Shown: positions 12,220 to 25,110 of the stretch, one piece after another
Numbering within the stretch: the first letter of the stretch is position 1
How the letters are laid out: each line of letters opens with the position of its first letter
Notes under the pieces: model-generated
The model's input: only the letters and a program-made list of their open reading frames with translations
The model's database searches: none
Told to the model about the DNA's origin: nothing
Origin: Rhina ancylostomus
Taxonomy: Eukaryota
DNA: 64,000 nt
Assembly (NCBI GenBank): GCA_030265395.1
Contig: JARFYF010000068.1
Span: forward strand, 6,418,634-6,482,633
Direction: 5' to 3'
Translations under genes and position numbers: made by a program

Positions 12220-13829
12220 CTGCAAACAGAAATCAGCAGCAACGAAATATTTTTTCATGTGCGTTACTATCTCAGATTTTTGCTTTTATGAACATGAGAT
12301 GTTTATGAGTGAAACCATCCATTGTTATTTTAAGAGAGTATGAAGATTTTTGATCATTTTATGTGTTCCATGCATTGAACATGCACTTAGCGCATTTCTC
12401 CTGGTACATATTGGAGAAAGCGAAGGAGAATTAAAAATACATATGCAGACTAACTGTATCCCACAATGTATTTGCACGTGGTATGTGTTCGGAATGCTTT
12501 TTCGTATAATAAATGAAAAAAATGAACATCTCATCAGACAGGTTTAAAGCAGACAGCCAGGGTGTGGATGCTACTCCACAAGATGAACTACTACAATTTC
12601 ATCGGGCCACGAAATAGAAAAAAAATGGCGATTGAACGTGCAGCATGTTAAACTTTGCTGTTATTATGAATTAATTTTGTCCAGTGGTAATAGTTTCTTT
12701 TTTTCGCTTTGGAGTGCACGGAGATAACAGGCTACTTCTTTAACAGGCCGGTTGGATTAAATTTTTTTTGTGGCTATGCTATTGTTATGGATATCGCATT
12801 ACAATCGGACTACAACACAACAAATGGAAGAGAGCAAATGAAAATAAGGTATTTATAAAACAAAGTGAACACGTCAGACATTCTATTTACCGGTTAATAA
12901 TTTGACAATGTACTTCTCAATGCATTAATTATCTTAAGCATACATAAAGCAGGAAATAAAGAAAACATATTTTTGCACGTTCAACAACTTGTCGTGGCTT
13001 AACGGAGGAGAAACCAAAGGCTATGCTTAACAAAAACAAAGCTTCATTCGACTCTCCACTTTCAGCACTGGGAGGAACCGACAGCACGAATACATCGCCA
13101 ATATTTTATCCTGCCGGCGATTATTTACGTTTACATGTGCTGCATTTAGATATTCCACAATGTGTAAACCTATAACAGTTATTTATTCTGAAGTATACAA
13201 GAATTAAAATAAGTTATCACCTGATATCTTTGCCTTGAGTTTCAACACTGCACCAGAGAGAATTGCATCTTAATGATAGCAGTGCAATGCTGCTTTTAAA
13301 ACGAGCGACAAATATGACAAATAGCACTGGGTAGTCAATTCAAGTTGCAACCCGAGTTAACATTGTTTTGAAAGCATTCAGGGATAGTCACATAGTTGAA
13401 GGCAAAGTATATTATTAAGCTACCATTTGTAGAGATCGAGGCAGGTGTGAAAGAGAAGTGTGTGATATTCTTTCTCGGCACAGCTTGGGTTTTCTCTGCA
13501 GTTCTGATCACCACATTAGAAGACAATGGACGATTACACTCTAAACTGTACAGAAGACATTGCCAACACTGAAAAGAAAATCCAGAAGGTAAGTTTGCAT
13601 TGATAGAGATTGCTTTCTCTGGACGATGGGAAGCCGAAGGGAGCGATAATTTGTCGATATAATGTGATGCTGAATATAGAGTATTCAGAATGACATGATC
13701 ATAAACAGATGGCCGGATATTTCATGTAATGGCTAAACCGTTTTGAGAGGAGATGATCTTTTTTTAACACTCAACAGGCTAGCATATACTCAATGAATAA
13801 TAGGGCCCAGTGGAGGGAAAAGAGGCTGT

Positions 13830-14480
13830 GGTATGGATACCCAAGGATGCATTAAGGTCGAAGCACAAATATATAAATAGGAATATCTGCCTCAGTATCC
13901 CAGGCATAGAATTTACGAGTAGGGAAGCTGTGGTATGACCATATAAAATATGCCACAGCTGGAATTCCATCGTGCAGTTCTGGTCACCACGAAATAGGAA
14001 GAATGTGATGGCATTGGACGAGCGGTAGAGGAGATTCACCAGGATGATATCAGGAATGCAGCTTTTCAGCGACGAGGTGAACCTAAATTGGCTGAATATC
14101 CTTTCATTGGAGCAAAGAAAGCTGATGTGGAAGTTGATTGGGGGGTTCAACAGTATGAAGGGCATACATAGGTCTGAGAGCAAGAACATTTTCCCAAAGC
14201 AGAGGCGGGAAGGGAGTGTAAGGTAAGGCGAAGAAATTTAGGAGGGGATTTGGAGAATGATGTTTTCCAGCCAGAGGGTGGTTGAACCGAAGCAGACGGC
14301 CCGAGGAGGTGACGGATGCATGTATTCTTACAACATATAAAAGGCTTTTATATGAAAAGTTGAAACACCATGTTTTAGAAAGCTTCGGTTTGAGTGCTGG
14401 AACATAGGATTAGAATAGATATGGCCAATGGCCGGCATAGAGGCAGTGTTCCTATTTACAACCTTTATGACTCTATGATG
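13830..14480 (+). mobile_element. Degenerate CR1 LINE 3' portion
   Basis: GTGCAGTTCTGGTCACCA...AGGAGATTCACCAGGATG; tail TATGACTCTATGA. Confidence 0.8.
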
Positions 14481-14655
14481 CTGTGTAGAAAATTAAAAAA
14501 AGCAGGAAATTGCTGCTTCCGATCTAATATGTTTGTTTGAAGTCTACACAACGAGCAGCAAATCAGATGCAAACGCCTCCATTATTCGTCATAACTGCGT
14601 ATTCGTCATAGTCTAACATTTCTGTTTAATTCCATAAGTTCTTTGTATTACTCAC

Positions 14656-14667
14656 CACAGCTGGCAT
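14656..14667 (-). CDS. Microexon 33 (12 nt): DASC
   Basis: ctgttgtattttgttcatcag|ATGCCAGCTGTG|gtgagt. Confidence 0.82.
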
Positions 14668-14796
14668 CTGATGAACAAAATACAACAGTTCATCAGTGGT
14701 ATAGCATATAATTTAGCACTGCACTGAATTGATCTGAGTGAAAGAAGGACATAACATATTGTCGAAGATGAACTGAATCGAAACTGTCGGATTTAC

Positions 14797-14823
14797 CTGC
14801 TTCCCTCTCACGTAGCTTATCCT
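14797..14823 (-). CDS. Microexon 32 (27 nt): EDKLREREA
   Basis: cttatatgtttcttcag|AGGATAAGCTACGTGAGAGGGAAGCAG|gtaaat. Confidence 0.9.
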
Positions 14824-17110
14824 CTGAAGAAACATATAAGTGAGAAAACATGTTTGGTTCTGAGATATCTTTCACAAATTAATTTTTCGTTTTCCGGTGC
14901 CTGGGTAACATTCTGGCAAGGCTGCTTGCAAATCCTGTATTGGAAGCATTTTGGAGTCATAACAAGCGATGGGGAATTCGGGGGACACCTGTTCACTGTC
15001 CATTCCAAAACATTAAACAGTAAAGTATCGAGACCCATAGCTCTTGAATTGACGAGCTTCAGGCGGACTTGCTTTTTCGTATGATCATCATGTGGGTGCT
15101 GCCGATAATGTTGCATATTTTGCCAAGCTGCACGGAAAGGCAAGATCTAATGGATGTGGACAGGCTGATAATTAGAATTCATTGTTTAGTTATTATTTAT
15201 TTGTGGAGAACTGCAGATTGCAAAACCAGTTGTGACCTTTCCCAAGTTGCTTTGTTCTGTTTCTTTATCGCTTCTTTCATTTTATGAAAATATTGAGAAT
15301 TACCAAGGGTTTGCCCATTTTGCTCATTATCCCTCGTCTAAATTTGATAGATTCGTCGAATTGTTGGTTTGATTATCTTATTTTATTCAGGCTCTAAGCG
15401 GCTGCGGTAGCAAGGATTTACACTTATAGTATTTTGTGCTGGCATACAACTGCGTCCATACAACAACAACACTGAAAGAATGAATTCCAAGGAATCAAAG
15501 CAACAGTGGCGCATATTTCCTCCATACCACACGCACATCAAGCTCACCACTATTTTGTGACTGCGCAGGCTCAAACGACCTCAAAGGTTCCCTGCCGCAG
15601 GTCACTGACAGAGTGGTTCTTGTGATAGTGCGATGAATCATACGGGTCTTCCAACAACCGCGTTAGTGGACTCTTGTTGTTGAAGGATTTTTTAATGATC
15701 TCTGAAATTTGATGATGATATGCTAATTTTGAAAATAAAACTAACAAGTAACTAAAATAAATAAAGCTAACTTTAAAAAGACAAACATACTTGAAGCACA
15801 TTTAACCGATGCCAATTAATTGAAATATATGTGGTGAAAAAAGATCAAAAACAAATAAGAAAGGCATTCATTTTTTAAGAAGTTAACGGTCCACGACCCC
15901 ATTTAAATGAACAGAGCCAAATAGATAGCCAAACAGATATTCGGCAAACTTGGCTGACATAATTTGAGGTGCCTCGATATGAAGTGCATCCAGCTTCTCG
16001 ATAAACACGATGAGGAACTGCTGCTGGGTCATGCAGGAACTGGGGGATAGAGCGAGATTTGAAGTGCACCAGTATTTTACTGCTATGTGCTCCAAGTCTC
16101 TGTTCTGCAGTGCATACTCGCATAAATCATTGACCCGTAAGTCACAGCCAGTTGAAGGTTGTTTTCCTGACACAAAACAGCAAAAAGAACCCCCAGTTTT
16201 GAACATTGTAGTTAACCCTCACGTTAGTAAGTAATTAAGGCGAGGAATCGAACAAGGGATAATAAAACAAATCTTATGTAGTTCTTGGACTATAATGGAT
16301 ATTGGAAGTGTGATATTTCTGCCTCCAGTTTAAATATGTTGTCTTCAAAGTACAACATATTTATCTCTGCGCTTAACAACGTAACTTCTGAAAATCTTTA
16401 CACAGTCCTCCCTGAGTTTTTTGTAACGAAATGATATTTAGATGTTGGTCATGGGTTGTCGTCGTCGTTGGAAGTACAGTCTTGCTCACCCCTGATTGCC
16501 ACTTAATCGAGGAAAAAGTTATATGACTACCACGCTTTCTTCCTCAGCAGGCAACAGCTCTAACTTTCCTGATAAATACATTTTTAAAACATTTTATACA
16601 GCCAACACATCCTTCCGTTTTGCGATGAAGCAGAAATATGTAATGTTTACCATTTTATGCAGCTGTTCCATGACGTTCCTACTCTTAAATTCTACACCTT
16701 TAGCAGCAAGAGCAAATGATCACAGATTTATTTAAAACCACCTTATTTACTGGTATCATCCGGTGAATATGTATTCCAGCTTGGCTGCATTCCTTTTCAT
16801 TTCTCAATTCTACACGATTTTTAAAAATGTTATTCCCTCTACTCCATGACACCAAATGCATTATTCCATTCTTCTTCGAATTCAAGTTATTTTGTGCTTT
16901 TCTATGTTCCTGCAGCCTCCTTTTTTTTGTCAGTTTTTAACCACACCAGTAATTGTTCACCTACAATTGCCATGACTACTGTGTTTATCTGCCAACAGGA
17001 TTATATAGGTGTACTGGCAAGCTTTGTTAATAGAAATTGCGCCAAAGACGGAAACGCAGTTATTATAATGCATCCACATAATATATAAAAAACTTCATTG
17101 ATTTCATTAC

Positions 17111-17146
17111 CTAAATCTTGAAGTGCTTTTTTCAGTTTTTTGGCTT
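17111..17146 (-). CDS. Microexon 31 (36 nt): EAKKLKKALQDL
   Basis: attatttcaatttctttag|AAGCCAAAAAACTGAAAAAAGCACTTCAAGATTTAG|gtaatg. Confidence 0.9.
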
Positions 17147-17739
17147 CTAAAGAAATTGAAATAATCGCTTGAGCTACAAAGCTTCTAATTGTACACAGAC
17201 ATTTTTAGATATATGACCTATTTTGGATCAAATTTAACCGGCATTGTATTCAGGATTTCAAAAACTGCATTTTGTGCACCACCATTAGATGTCCATATTG
17301 CCTGCAGAAATCGCTTCCTCACAATACTTAAGTAGTGGATTTATTTCATTTACAATTGTCGTATTACAGCCCTTTTTCAAAGTAAACGTTACAAGAGAAA
17401 AGCCCCTGTTTTGAATGGGGTGCAATGGGGTAAACCCGTATGTTTTCCCGAAAATTAAATGTATTTTGCAATGATCGTTATTCATTCACACCCCATCGGA
17501 AATCAATAACGAGCCTAAGAAAAGAAGGGAACATGACTTCTGTACTGAAATCTAGTTTCTGACAGTTTAAGAGCAACATGATTAAATTTTACTAACAACG
17601 ATGTCATACATTTCAGGGTGTGAAATATCGTACCTGTCCCATTTCAACCGAAAACATTGTGCATTGATTATTTTAAAAATTCTGTTCAGAATGACTAAAG
17701 CAATTTTAGGTATAGTAGCGTCCTCTAACATATATTTAC

Positions 17740-17766
17740 CTTCATCCTTTTTGGTCATCTCTCCTT
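17740..17766 (-). CDS. Microexon 30 (27 nt): EGEMTKKDE
   Basis: gaaattattttacag|AAGGAGAGATGACCAAAAAGGATGAAG|gtaaat. Confidence 0.88.
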
Positions 17767-18277
17767 CTGTAAAATAATTTCATGTAATTCTTGAAGGAAC
17801 AGTGGCAACTGTACAAAATTCATTTCCTAAATCATTCCGGGTACCGTAATGTACAACTTATGATATTAACTACACAATTTAGTGTCGCAAAGAACCATGA
17901 CGACCTTGCACTAATGTAATGGCGGGGTCGGTTTGAGCAGCCAGACGCTCTACTCCTGCTCCTTTTTCCTTGAGCACATGCAATATTTTGAGCACAAAAA
18001 TGGTACATAAAATCTATGTCTGCAAGTAATAACCTAAAGAAACAGCCAAAGTATTTAATGGAAATGTCATACGTCAATATGAGCAATGGGAAATAAATGT
18101 TAAAAATAAATTGAAAAGCAACAGCAATATTGTGACCAATGCAGCACATAATCGACTGGACTTTCAGCGAAAATTATAAATAAAAAATTATGAGCCGGGT
18201 GAGGCTACTTGGCCCTCAAGATTGCTCTACTACTTAATTTGCTCACAACTGATCTGATTATAACCCGGACTGCATTT

Positions 18278-18700
18278 AGAATCAGAATCAGGTTCATTGT
18301 CACTGATATAGGTCGTGAGATTTGTTGTTTTGCAGCATAACACGTCGAATGTCAGTGCAAGACATAAAAATTGCCATAAATTGCAAAAATAAATAAATCG
18401 TGCAAAAGAGGAATAACCAGGTAGTGTTCATGGGTTCATCACCTTTCAGAAATCTGATGGCGGAGGTGAAGACGATGTTCCTATCACGCTGAGTGTGGAT
18501 CGTCAGGCTCCTGTCCCTTCTCCCCCATGATAGTAATGAGAAGAGGGCATATCCCAGATGGTGAGGGTCCTTAATGATGGATGTCGCCTTCTTGAGGCAC
18601 TGCCTTTTGAAGACGTCGTTGATGGTGGGGACCATTGTGCCCGTGATGGATCTATCTCAGTCGACAACCCTCTGAGAGCCTCCATACCAGACGGCGATGC
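18278..18700 (-). mobile_element. Rex1/Babar-type LINE 3' end, nested in an older CR1 fragment (about 18190-19050)
   Basis: Encodes CLKKATSIIKDPHHLGYALFSLL...SAIRFL; (ATTCTG)n tail at 18278-18290. Confidence 0.8.
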
Positions 18701-19062
18701 AATGTGCAGGGTCGAACGATTCCCTTCTGCCCCGATACTATTCAACCCGCACGATTATCAATAATCTCTTTACCGTTGCATAAAAAATGTTCAGAGACTT
18801 TGCTTCCACTGTCCTTCTAGGAAAAGAACATGAAGACTCACGAAGCTCCGAGGGCAGCGTGAGGAACGCCTCATCTCTTCCATAAAAGTGACACCTAATG
18901 GTAATTCTCGTGCAAGAAGAAATATCCTCTTTACACTGAAACTGTCAAGATCCCAAAGAATCATACATGTTTTAATCAAGTGACCCTCACTTTTTTGAAC
19001 ACAAGTAGATACAACATTTCCTCATGAGATATGCTGCGCATTCCAGGTATTAATATGGGTAT

Positions 19063-19113
19063 TAATCTCATGTCAAAGATAGAAGGTGTAATCTCATGTC
19101 AAAGATAGAAGGT
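19063..19113. repeat. Exact 25-bp tandem duplication
   Basis: TAATCTCATGTCAAAGATAGAAGGT twice, separated by one G. Confidence 0.9.
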
Positions 19114-19750
19114 CCACTTAAATAGATGTGAAGAGTTTCAGCAATAGTCCAGACAACATCCATATCAAAGCTGTTCGTTTTAACAGCACCCTACTGATAC
19201 AGGCTACTCAACAGTGCAATTCGGATGAAGTGTACATAAACTCATGAAACGACTTGCTGCGTAGCCCCAACTCTTTCTCGTAAGCACATTACAATCTATT
19301 GTAATATCTGTATAAGTCATACATCATCCTGTTTTGCAGACATAGTGTTGTACTTTTATTGTCGCTGGATCAAAACTTCGGTGTCTCCACAGTAAAAAAG
19401 AGAGGCCGGGATACTTTCCTCATTTAGGTTCCAGAAATGTAAAAGCGTGAATCACTACCATTTTCTCAATGAAAATCAAGTAAGGACAATAAATCGAGGC
19501 CTTCCACGATGGTCCACTTTTTGTCAATGCTTTTGGTATTTGCCCTTTAAAAGTTTATTTTAAAATGAAGTCATGTTTATGATATTTTTTTCAAAGAAAT
19601 TATACAGTCTATCAATAAACATAACCAATTCGATGTCTCCATCTTACATTGACCTTCACCTTTGTTTCGTTATCAACATTTACGATCTACCCATGAGCAG
19701 AGAAAATGCAAAATCATGAATGAGTTATCTTCCACTATTAGCGATTTTAC

Positions 19751-19786
19751 CTGCATCACTCAGCATCCTTCGTAATTTTTCCAATT
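19751..19786 (-). CDS. Microexon 29 (36 nt): ELEKLRRMLSDA
   Basis: gtttacttgcatttcag|AATTGGAAAAATTACGAAGGATGCTGAGTGATGCAG|gtaaaa; paralog of exon 9. Confidence 0.9.
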
Positions 19787-20295
19787 CTGAAATGCAAGTA
19801 AACTCTCTGCTTTAATGACATTGAGTGAAGGAGAGTTTGGTTCGAAAAATAAACACATATATCATCTTGATTCAGGACTGTTGCAAGGGGCGATAGAATC
19901 TGGTGCCTATAATGGTCGAAACTTTGCTATTTTAAAGAGGACTTGTTTCCTGTAAGTAGCCATGGGGGATACCTTCAAAATAATATTTATAACTTAGTTG
20001 GAAATAGTTTGAAATTTCTAAATGTATTGCATTATATAATGTTGCCCAGTAAACCACATAGGGTGAATTATGGTTTTTCACAAATCCTCGTGTATATGAA
20101 TAGCATTGTGCTGCATACAGCCATTAAGGACAAGGCGCAGGAAATTCTCTTGAACCACATTAAATTAATTATAATTTACCCGTTCAAATTGTTAAGATTA
20201 ATTGTTTAACAAATATAGATAACAGAAGAATATGCTATAGAAGGAAATACGCTTATTATCTGCAAGCATCGACTGATCAACATTAATTTACTTAC

Positions 20296-20307
20296 CTTCT
20301 TCTTTGC
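20296..20307 (-). CDS. Microexon 28 (12 nt): GKEE
   Basis: ctgcacttttgtaattcag|GCAAAGAAGAAG|gtaagt (consensus donor). Confidence 0.8.
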
Positions 20308-20666
20308 CTGAATTACAAAAGTGCAGTTCAAAGTGAATGAAAATCGTATTGGAAGGTTGTACAGAATTTATTGTGTTTGAAATGTCAGTACAAGAAATTG
20401 ACTTACTCCTTCTTTTAGTTTAATCAATCTTAAAGCTTTAAATTAATTTCTGTATTTCAGACGTTTCGAGTTTTGAAAATTTGATAACAGGCAATTCTCA
20501 GGGGTGTATAGAACGTTATAAATGCCTTCCTTTGTTCCAGGGCGAAGGCTTGATTAGTTCACATACTACAAAATAATGTCTTATGTTACCACAGGTAATA
20601 ACTACAACTATTTTAATATCTTGCCACAATGCCTGTTTCAAACTCCTGGTCAGTAACTTATTTTAC

Positions 20667-20693
20667 CTGTATCTTGCCGACGGAGTAGTTCCT
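20667..20693 (-). CDS. Microexon 27 (27 nt): EELLRRQDT
   Basis: gttgcctcttaaatctcag|AGGAACTACTCCGTCGGCAAGATACAG|gtaaaa. Confidence 0.88.
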
Positions 20694-21219
20694 CTGAGAT
20701 TTAAGAGGCAACAGATTGCGTGTTATATTTTCAATAATATCGTTGTGTATTTTGCAATAGTAATTGCTCAAGTGCTTAATAATGGGGATTTTAATTCGTC
20801 TGTTGCCTCAGTTATTCAGTGCAAAATACTGAATCCATGACTTCTTTGTATATTCATGGTCTGCATCTGATTTTGCAACGTAGTTTGTTTATGCAGTTAC
20901 TATCGGATTAGAAGTAAGCCGCATATTGTCATATTTAATGGCATTACTACATATTTTCCTCAAAACCATCCTTATAACTGTAAAACAAATGTTATGAATG
21001 AGAATGTACGCAAAAATAAGTAGAACTTGGAAGTAAACGTAAAAATCATGCAATAACCGTAATTTGATAATCAAAGAACAATGTGTGTATTTGCGATAAG
21101 GCGAAAAGACAACTAATTGAGTAAGCACAATAATATCGCATTCTCAAATACCTCGAAAAATTTGCAACCGTTTGCTTTTCAGAGATTACACAAAACGGGG
21201 ACGTTTCACAGAAAAAAAA

Positions 21220-21430
21220 ACCGTAGATGCCGAAATTATAAAATTAAACCGAAACTACTGGAAATACTCAGTGCGCCAGGCCGGATCCGTGGGAAGACAA
21301 CCAGAGCTAACATTTCAGGTTAAAGATCTCTCGTCACAACTTGCCAAAACTGTTTTGACAAAGGATCTTCGACCTGAAACGTTTATATTGCCGCAGATGC
21401 GGCCTGACTGCGGAGTACTTTCAGCAGGCT
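21220..21430. repeat. Interspersed repeat with related copies at about 3890-4070 and 25800-26280
   Basis: Shared motifs TAGATGC...TGGAAATACTCAG...GGATCTTCGACCTGAAACG...GATGCGGCCTGAC; family not identified with certainty. Confidence 0.5.
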
Positions 21431-22273
21431 CTGTTACGGGAAATTTCATTGGTGATATCTTTCAAAAAAGCAGACCAAGAAGAAGCCATCTGAATGGCAT
21501 CTTTGAAAATTCTTGTGGTAGGATTTGAACAGAGTGCATGGCCACCGACAATTTATTTCTTCTCTCATTTATCATTTTTATTTCTTTTTTCTCCAAATTC
21601 ATAGCTGTCCTCCTTCCATATCTCCATAGAGATACCCTGGCATTCCCACGCTGCCCCGATGTGTTGGACTGTTTGCGTTGCCTAAAATATTTCTTTCATG
21701 TTGGGTTATTTTATTTGCACGTCAAAATGTTTCTAAAGTATATCTGTGGTATATTTAATCAAAGCTACCAATACGTGAACATTTTGCATAAGTATGCCTC
21801 GGCAAAAATCAAATAATTACAGACCTGACCACCAATATAATGTGAGTTCCAGGTTTTAAGAGTCACTTACAACAATATTGCAACAGGGTGCCTTCACTCC
21901 CGGATAAAATGCAATAAATTTGCTGATTATTGTCGTTCTTAGACACCGTTCTCCTAAACTTTAATCAGTGATAGACCCGCTGAATTACAACCATGAAGAT
22001 TTAATTCTTATAATTCACATGGAGACTGCGATAGTTTTCCCTTAAGTGCTTGCTCCTCTTTGCACACACAATAATAGATATTGCTGTGTTAAAGCTACAC
22101 CGTGTTTCATAGTTTGGTGACCAGAAATATATAAAAATGAAAACTGACGTTTTAAAATTTAAAAGTCGAAAACNNNNNNNNNNNNNNNNNNNNNNNNNNN
22201 NNNNNNNNNNNNNNNNNNNNNNNNNNNNNNNNNNNNNNNNNNNNNNNNNNNNNNNNNNNNNNNNNNNNNNNNN

Positions 22274-22386
22274 CTGATGGGGCTCAGGTGTGTATTGTTA
22301 TCCAATCAGTCCAGCATGGAATCCATGTGCTGGACAACAAGGCATTAATGTATCCAAATTGAGGGCCAGAACTTAGAACCATGACA
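22274..22386. mobile_element. Right end of a Gypsy-type LTR (same family as 62520-63001); left part in gap
   Basis: CCAGCATGGAATCCATGTGCTGGACAACAAGGCATT...AGAACCATGACA. Confidence 0.75.
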
Positions 22387-23258
22387 TCATCAAGTGAGAC
22401 AGCTTGAGACAGATCAAGAGGGAACTAGAGCTAACGTCATAGATGGAAGGAAAGTTAACATTTCCATCTTTTTTTTTGTCTTCTTCTTTCGAAATGACTT
22501 TTGTACAGTATCTTCAAATTGCACGTCAGGACGCCCCGGAAACACCTGCAAAGATACTTCTTGCTTTATTCTTGCCCCAGCTCTGAAAATTTAGTTGAAT
22601 AGCTAATCAATCCATTAAAGAATAGAATATGCCTTCACATAAATAACTTAAACACTACAATGCATTGGAGACGAATCTGCTTACCAACATTCAGTCGAAT
22701 AGCTTCGATTTTCTTACGTTCTGGGAAGCATATTTCTCATTACCTATTCGCTCAATGATAGCATTTAAAGATGCAATCGAGAGTTTGTTTGCCCGAGGAC
22801 ATAAACGTATATCTGTTGAGTCTTTTAAGGCCAGATATACACTTGAAATTAAGATTGAACTATAACTCAATAGCAACTGTTCCTGCAGCAGTGCAACTTT
22901 CAAAATCTTGTTGACTGCCCTGCCGTCGTCTGTTCGCGAGGTGCGTCAGACCACAAACGGTCAGGATAAGATGAATGCCTCTTTTATAATTTACTGATCC
23001 ACCACTAATTTGATTCTCGCGAAAGCTGCCCTTTCACGCAATTCCATCTCCCCGATATCTTCATGATAATTCCTTGAGTATTTTGCACAGTTTGCGTGTT
23101 CGTTCATTTTATCCTTGCTAACTCAATCCACAATAAAACTGTCGTCTTTAGCTCAAGATTCTACTTCCACATGCGTTCTTCTCCACGGAGAAACTATACA
23201 ATCTAACTGCCGAGACGATAACTCCAAATGAAAGACCAGGAAAACAGAAGTATTTCAC

Positions 23259-23285
23259 CTTCTTGAGTTTCACGTATCTGCTCCT
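23259..23285 (-). CDS. Microexon 26 (27 nt): EEQIRETQE
   Basis: ttcgcttttttcaaacttgcag|AGGAGCAGATACGTGAAACTCAAGAAG|gtgaaa. Confidence 0.87.
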
Positions 23286-23799
23286 CTGCAAGTTTGAAAA
23301 AAGCGAAAGAAAATATATTAACCGCAGCAACGACAGATGTAACTTCGTCGGGTTTTTGCCTTGATTTTTGAAGATTCCCTTCTGCAGCAATTGAATACAA
23401 ATATTCTAATACATTAAGACAACATTCATTACATTGACTATTCATTCCTGTGGTGATCATACCTTCTCCCTTTTCCAATATTTGTTTTTTATTCTGTTTG
23501 CTTGTTAGCTCAAGAGCCTTTTACAATCCATCGTCCATCGTCCGTCAACGTGTTCCTCATGCCCGACAATTCAGTGACAAAGTCGACTTTCATTGCATTA
23601 AGTTACACATGATTCAGTATCTCCATCCTTACAACACTTACAGCCAAAGCCATTCATTTTTTTTTGTGTAAATACTGAATTTGTGTCAGTGAATTCTGTT
23701 GTCTGTTCTTTTGTCCACTTTTAGTTGAGGTGTCGACGTTGCCTGGCAGAGAAATTATTTGCTCCACTTCACTTCTGTTTTTCTTTTAAAAACTATATT

Positions 23800-24022
23800 C
23801 ATACAGCACTGTAACAGGCTCTTCCGGCCCAACGAGCCCGCATAGCTGAATTACACCCGTGTTAAATACCAGCGGTACGTGTTTGGAATGCAGGAGGAAA
23901 CCGGAGCACCCAGAGGAAACTGACGCAGTCACAGGGAAAACGTACAGACTCCTTACAGACGGGAAATTGAACTCCGGTCGCTGGCACTGTAATAGTGTTA
24001 CACTGACCGCTGCGCTACCGTG
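23800..24022 (-). mobile_element. HE1/V-SINE-like tRNA-derived SINE with HER1-type tail
   Basis: V-domain motif GGAGGAAACCGGAGCACCCAGAGGAAAC...GTCACAGGG; tRNA-like head at the right end. Confidence 0.8.
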
Positions 24023-24289
24023 TGTTCCGAAGATATTTCTGAAAATATGTTTTTTCTTTTGTTCTTATGATCACGCTTGCAGTTAGTAGTATAATAAACT
24101 GGAATTATTTCCAGAGTACGCAGTGTTTTTCAGCTCGGTAAACAGAAAAAAAGTAAATTGATTCTGTAAACAATTCATGCAGCAAGTGCAAAAATTTTTT
24201 TTTACAGTGCCATATGAAGCTTATCCAGAGAGGAAATTTACGTTTCTCCTCAGTCTTTAAATTTTGGGCAGTCAATGAATTATGAAGCT

Positions 24290-25110
24290 ATAGACTCAGA
24301 AACTGGCCCTTCAGCCCACGCTGTGAATGCCGCCCATGCAGTCCTGATTTCTTGATCCCATTTACCAGCACTTGGTCGGTAACCTTCTATGTATGAGGGT
24401 TCAAATGCTGGTCTAGATACTTCTCATATGTCGTGAGACTGCTTGCCTCTCAAGCAATGTTTTCCAACTCCACCCGCCCTTTGGGTGGAAAAAATCTCCA
24501 CATATCCCCTCTCAACCTATTACTCATTATCTTACATCAATGCACCCAGGTTACAGACAGCGCTGCTATGGCACAACGATTATTATTGTCGATCCTATTT
24601 ATTCCCCCGCCCCACAAGTTTGTGCACATCTATCTCCCCGCCAAATCTTTCTCTGCTCCAAGAAAAATAATCCCAAACTATTCAATCTCTCCTCAGAACT
24701 GAGGCACTTTATCCCAGGCAACATCCTGGCGAATTTATTCTGCACCCACTCCTGAGAAAACAACTGTACCCAACATTCCAGATGTGGGCTGATTAATGTG
24801 TTACAAATCTGCACCGTAGTTCGCCTGCTCTTGTATTGCATGACACGGTTAATAAAGACGACCTTCTGTAAACCTTCTTTACCACGCTGCTACCTTCAAG
24901 GATATTTCAACTTGTACACCTATATTCCTCTGTTCCTCAAGAATCCCCATTCATTGCGAATATCCTGTCATCATTTGAACTTCCAAAATGCAATACTTAA
25001 TACTTATCAGGGTTACATTCTATTGCCCAACTTACCAGTTGACCAATATCTTCTGTAGCCTACTGTTCTTACCTTCTCTATCCGCAATTCCACCAATTTT
25101 TGAATTTGCA
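24290..25110 (-). mobile_element. Degenerate CR1 LINE 3' portion
   Basis: Encodes PHLECWVQLFS...KFARMLPGIKCLSSEERLNSLGLFFLEQRK. Confidence 0.85.

Noticed and set aside
15548-15701. Strong donor at 15547 with a 57-nt in-frame or 154-nt stop-containing exon option
   Set aside because: Weak acceptor for the 57-nt form, atypical size and composition, and it would split an intact 36+27 pair
23355-23520. Coiled-coil-like intronic translations (EGNLQKSRQ; LELTSKQNKKQILEKEK)
   Set aside because: No matching in-phase acceptor and donor pairs; A-rich sequence gives K/E/Q-rich translations by chance
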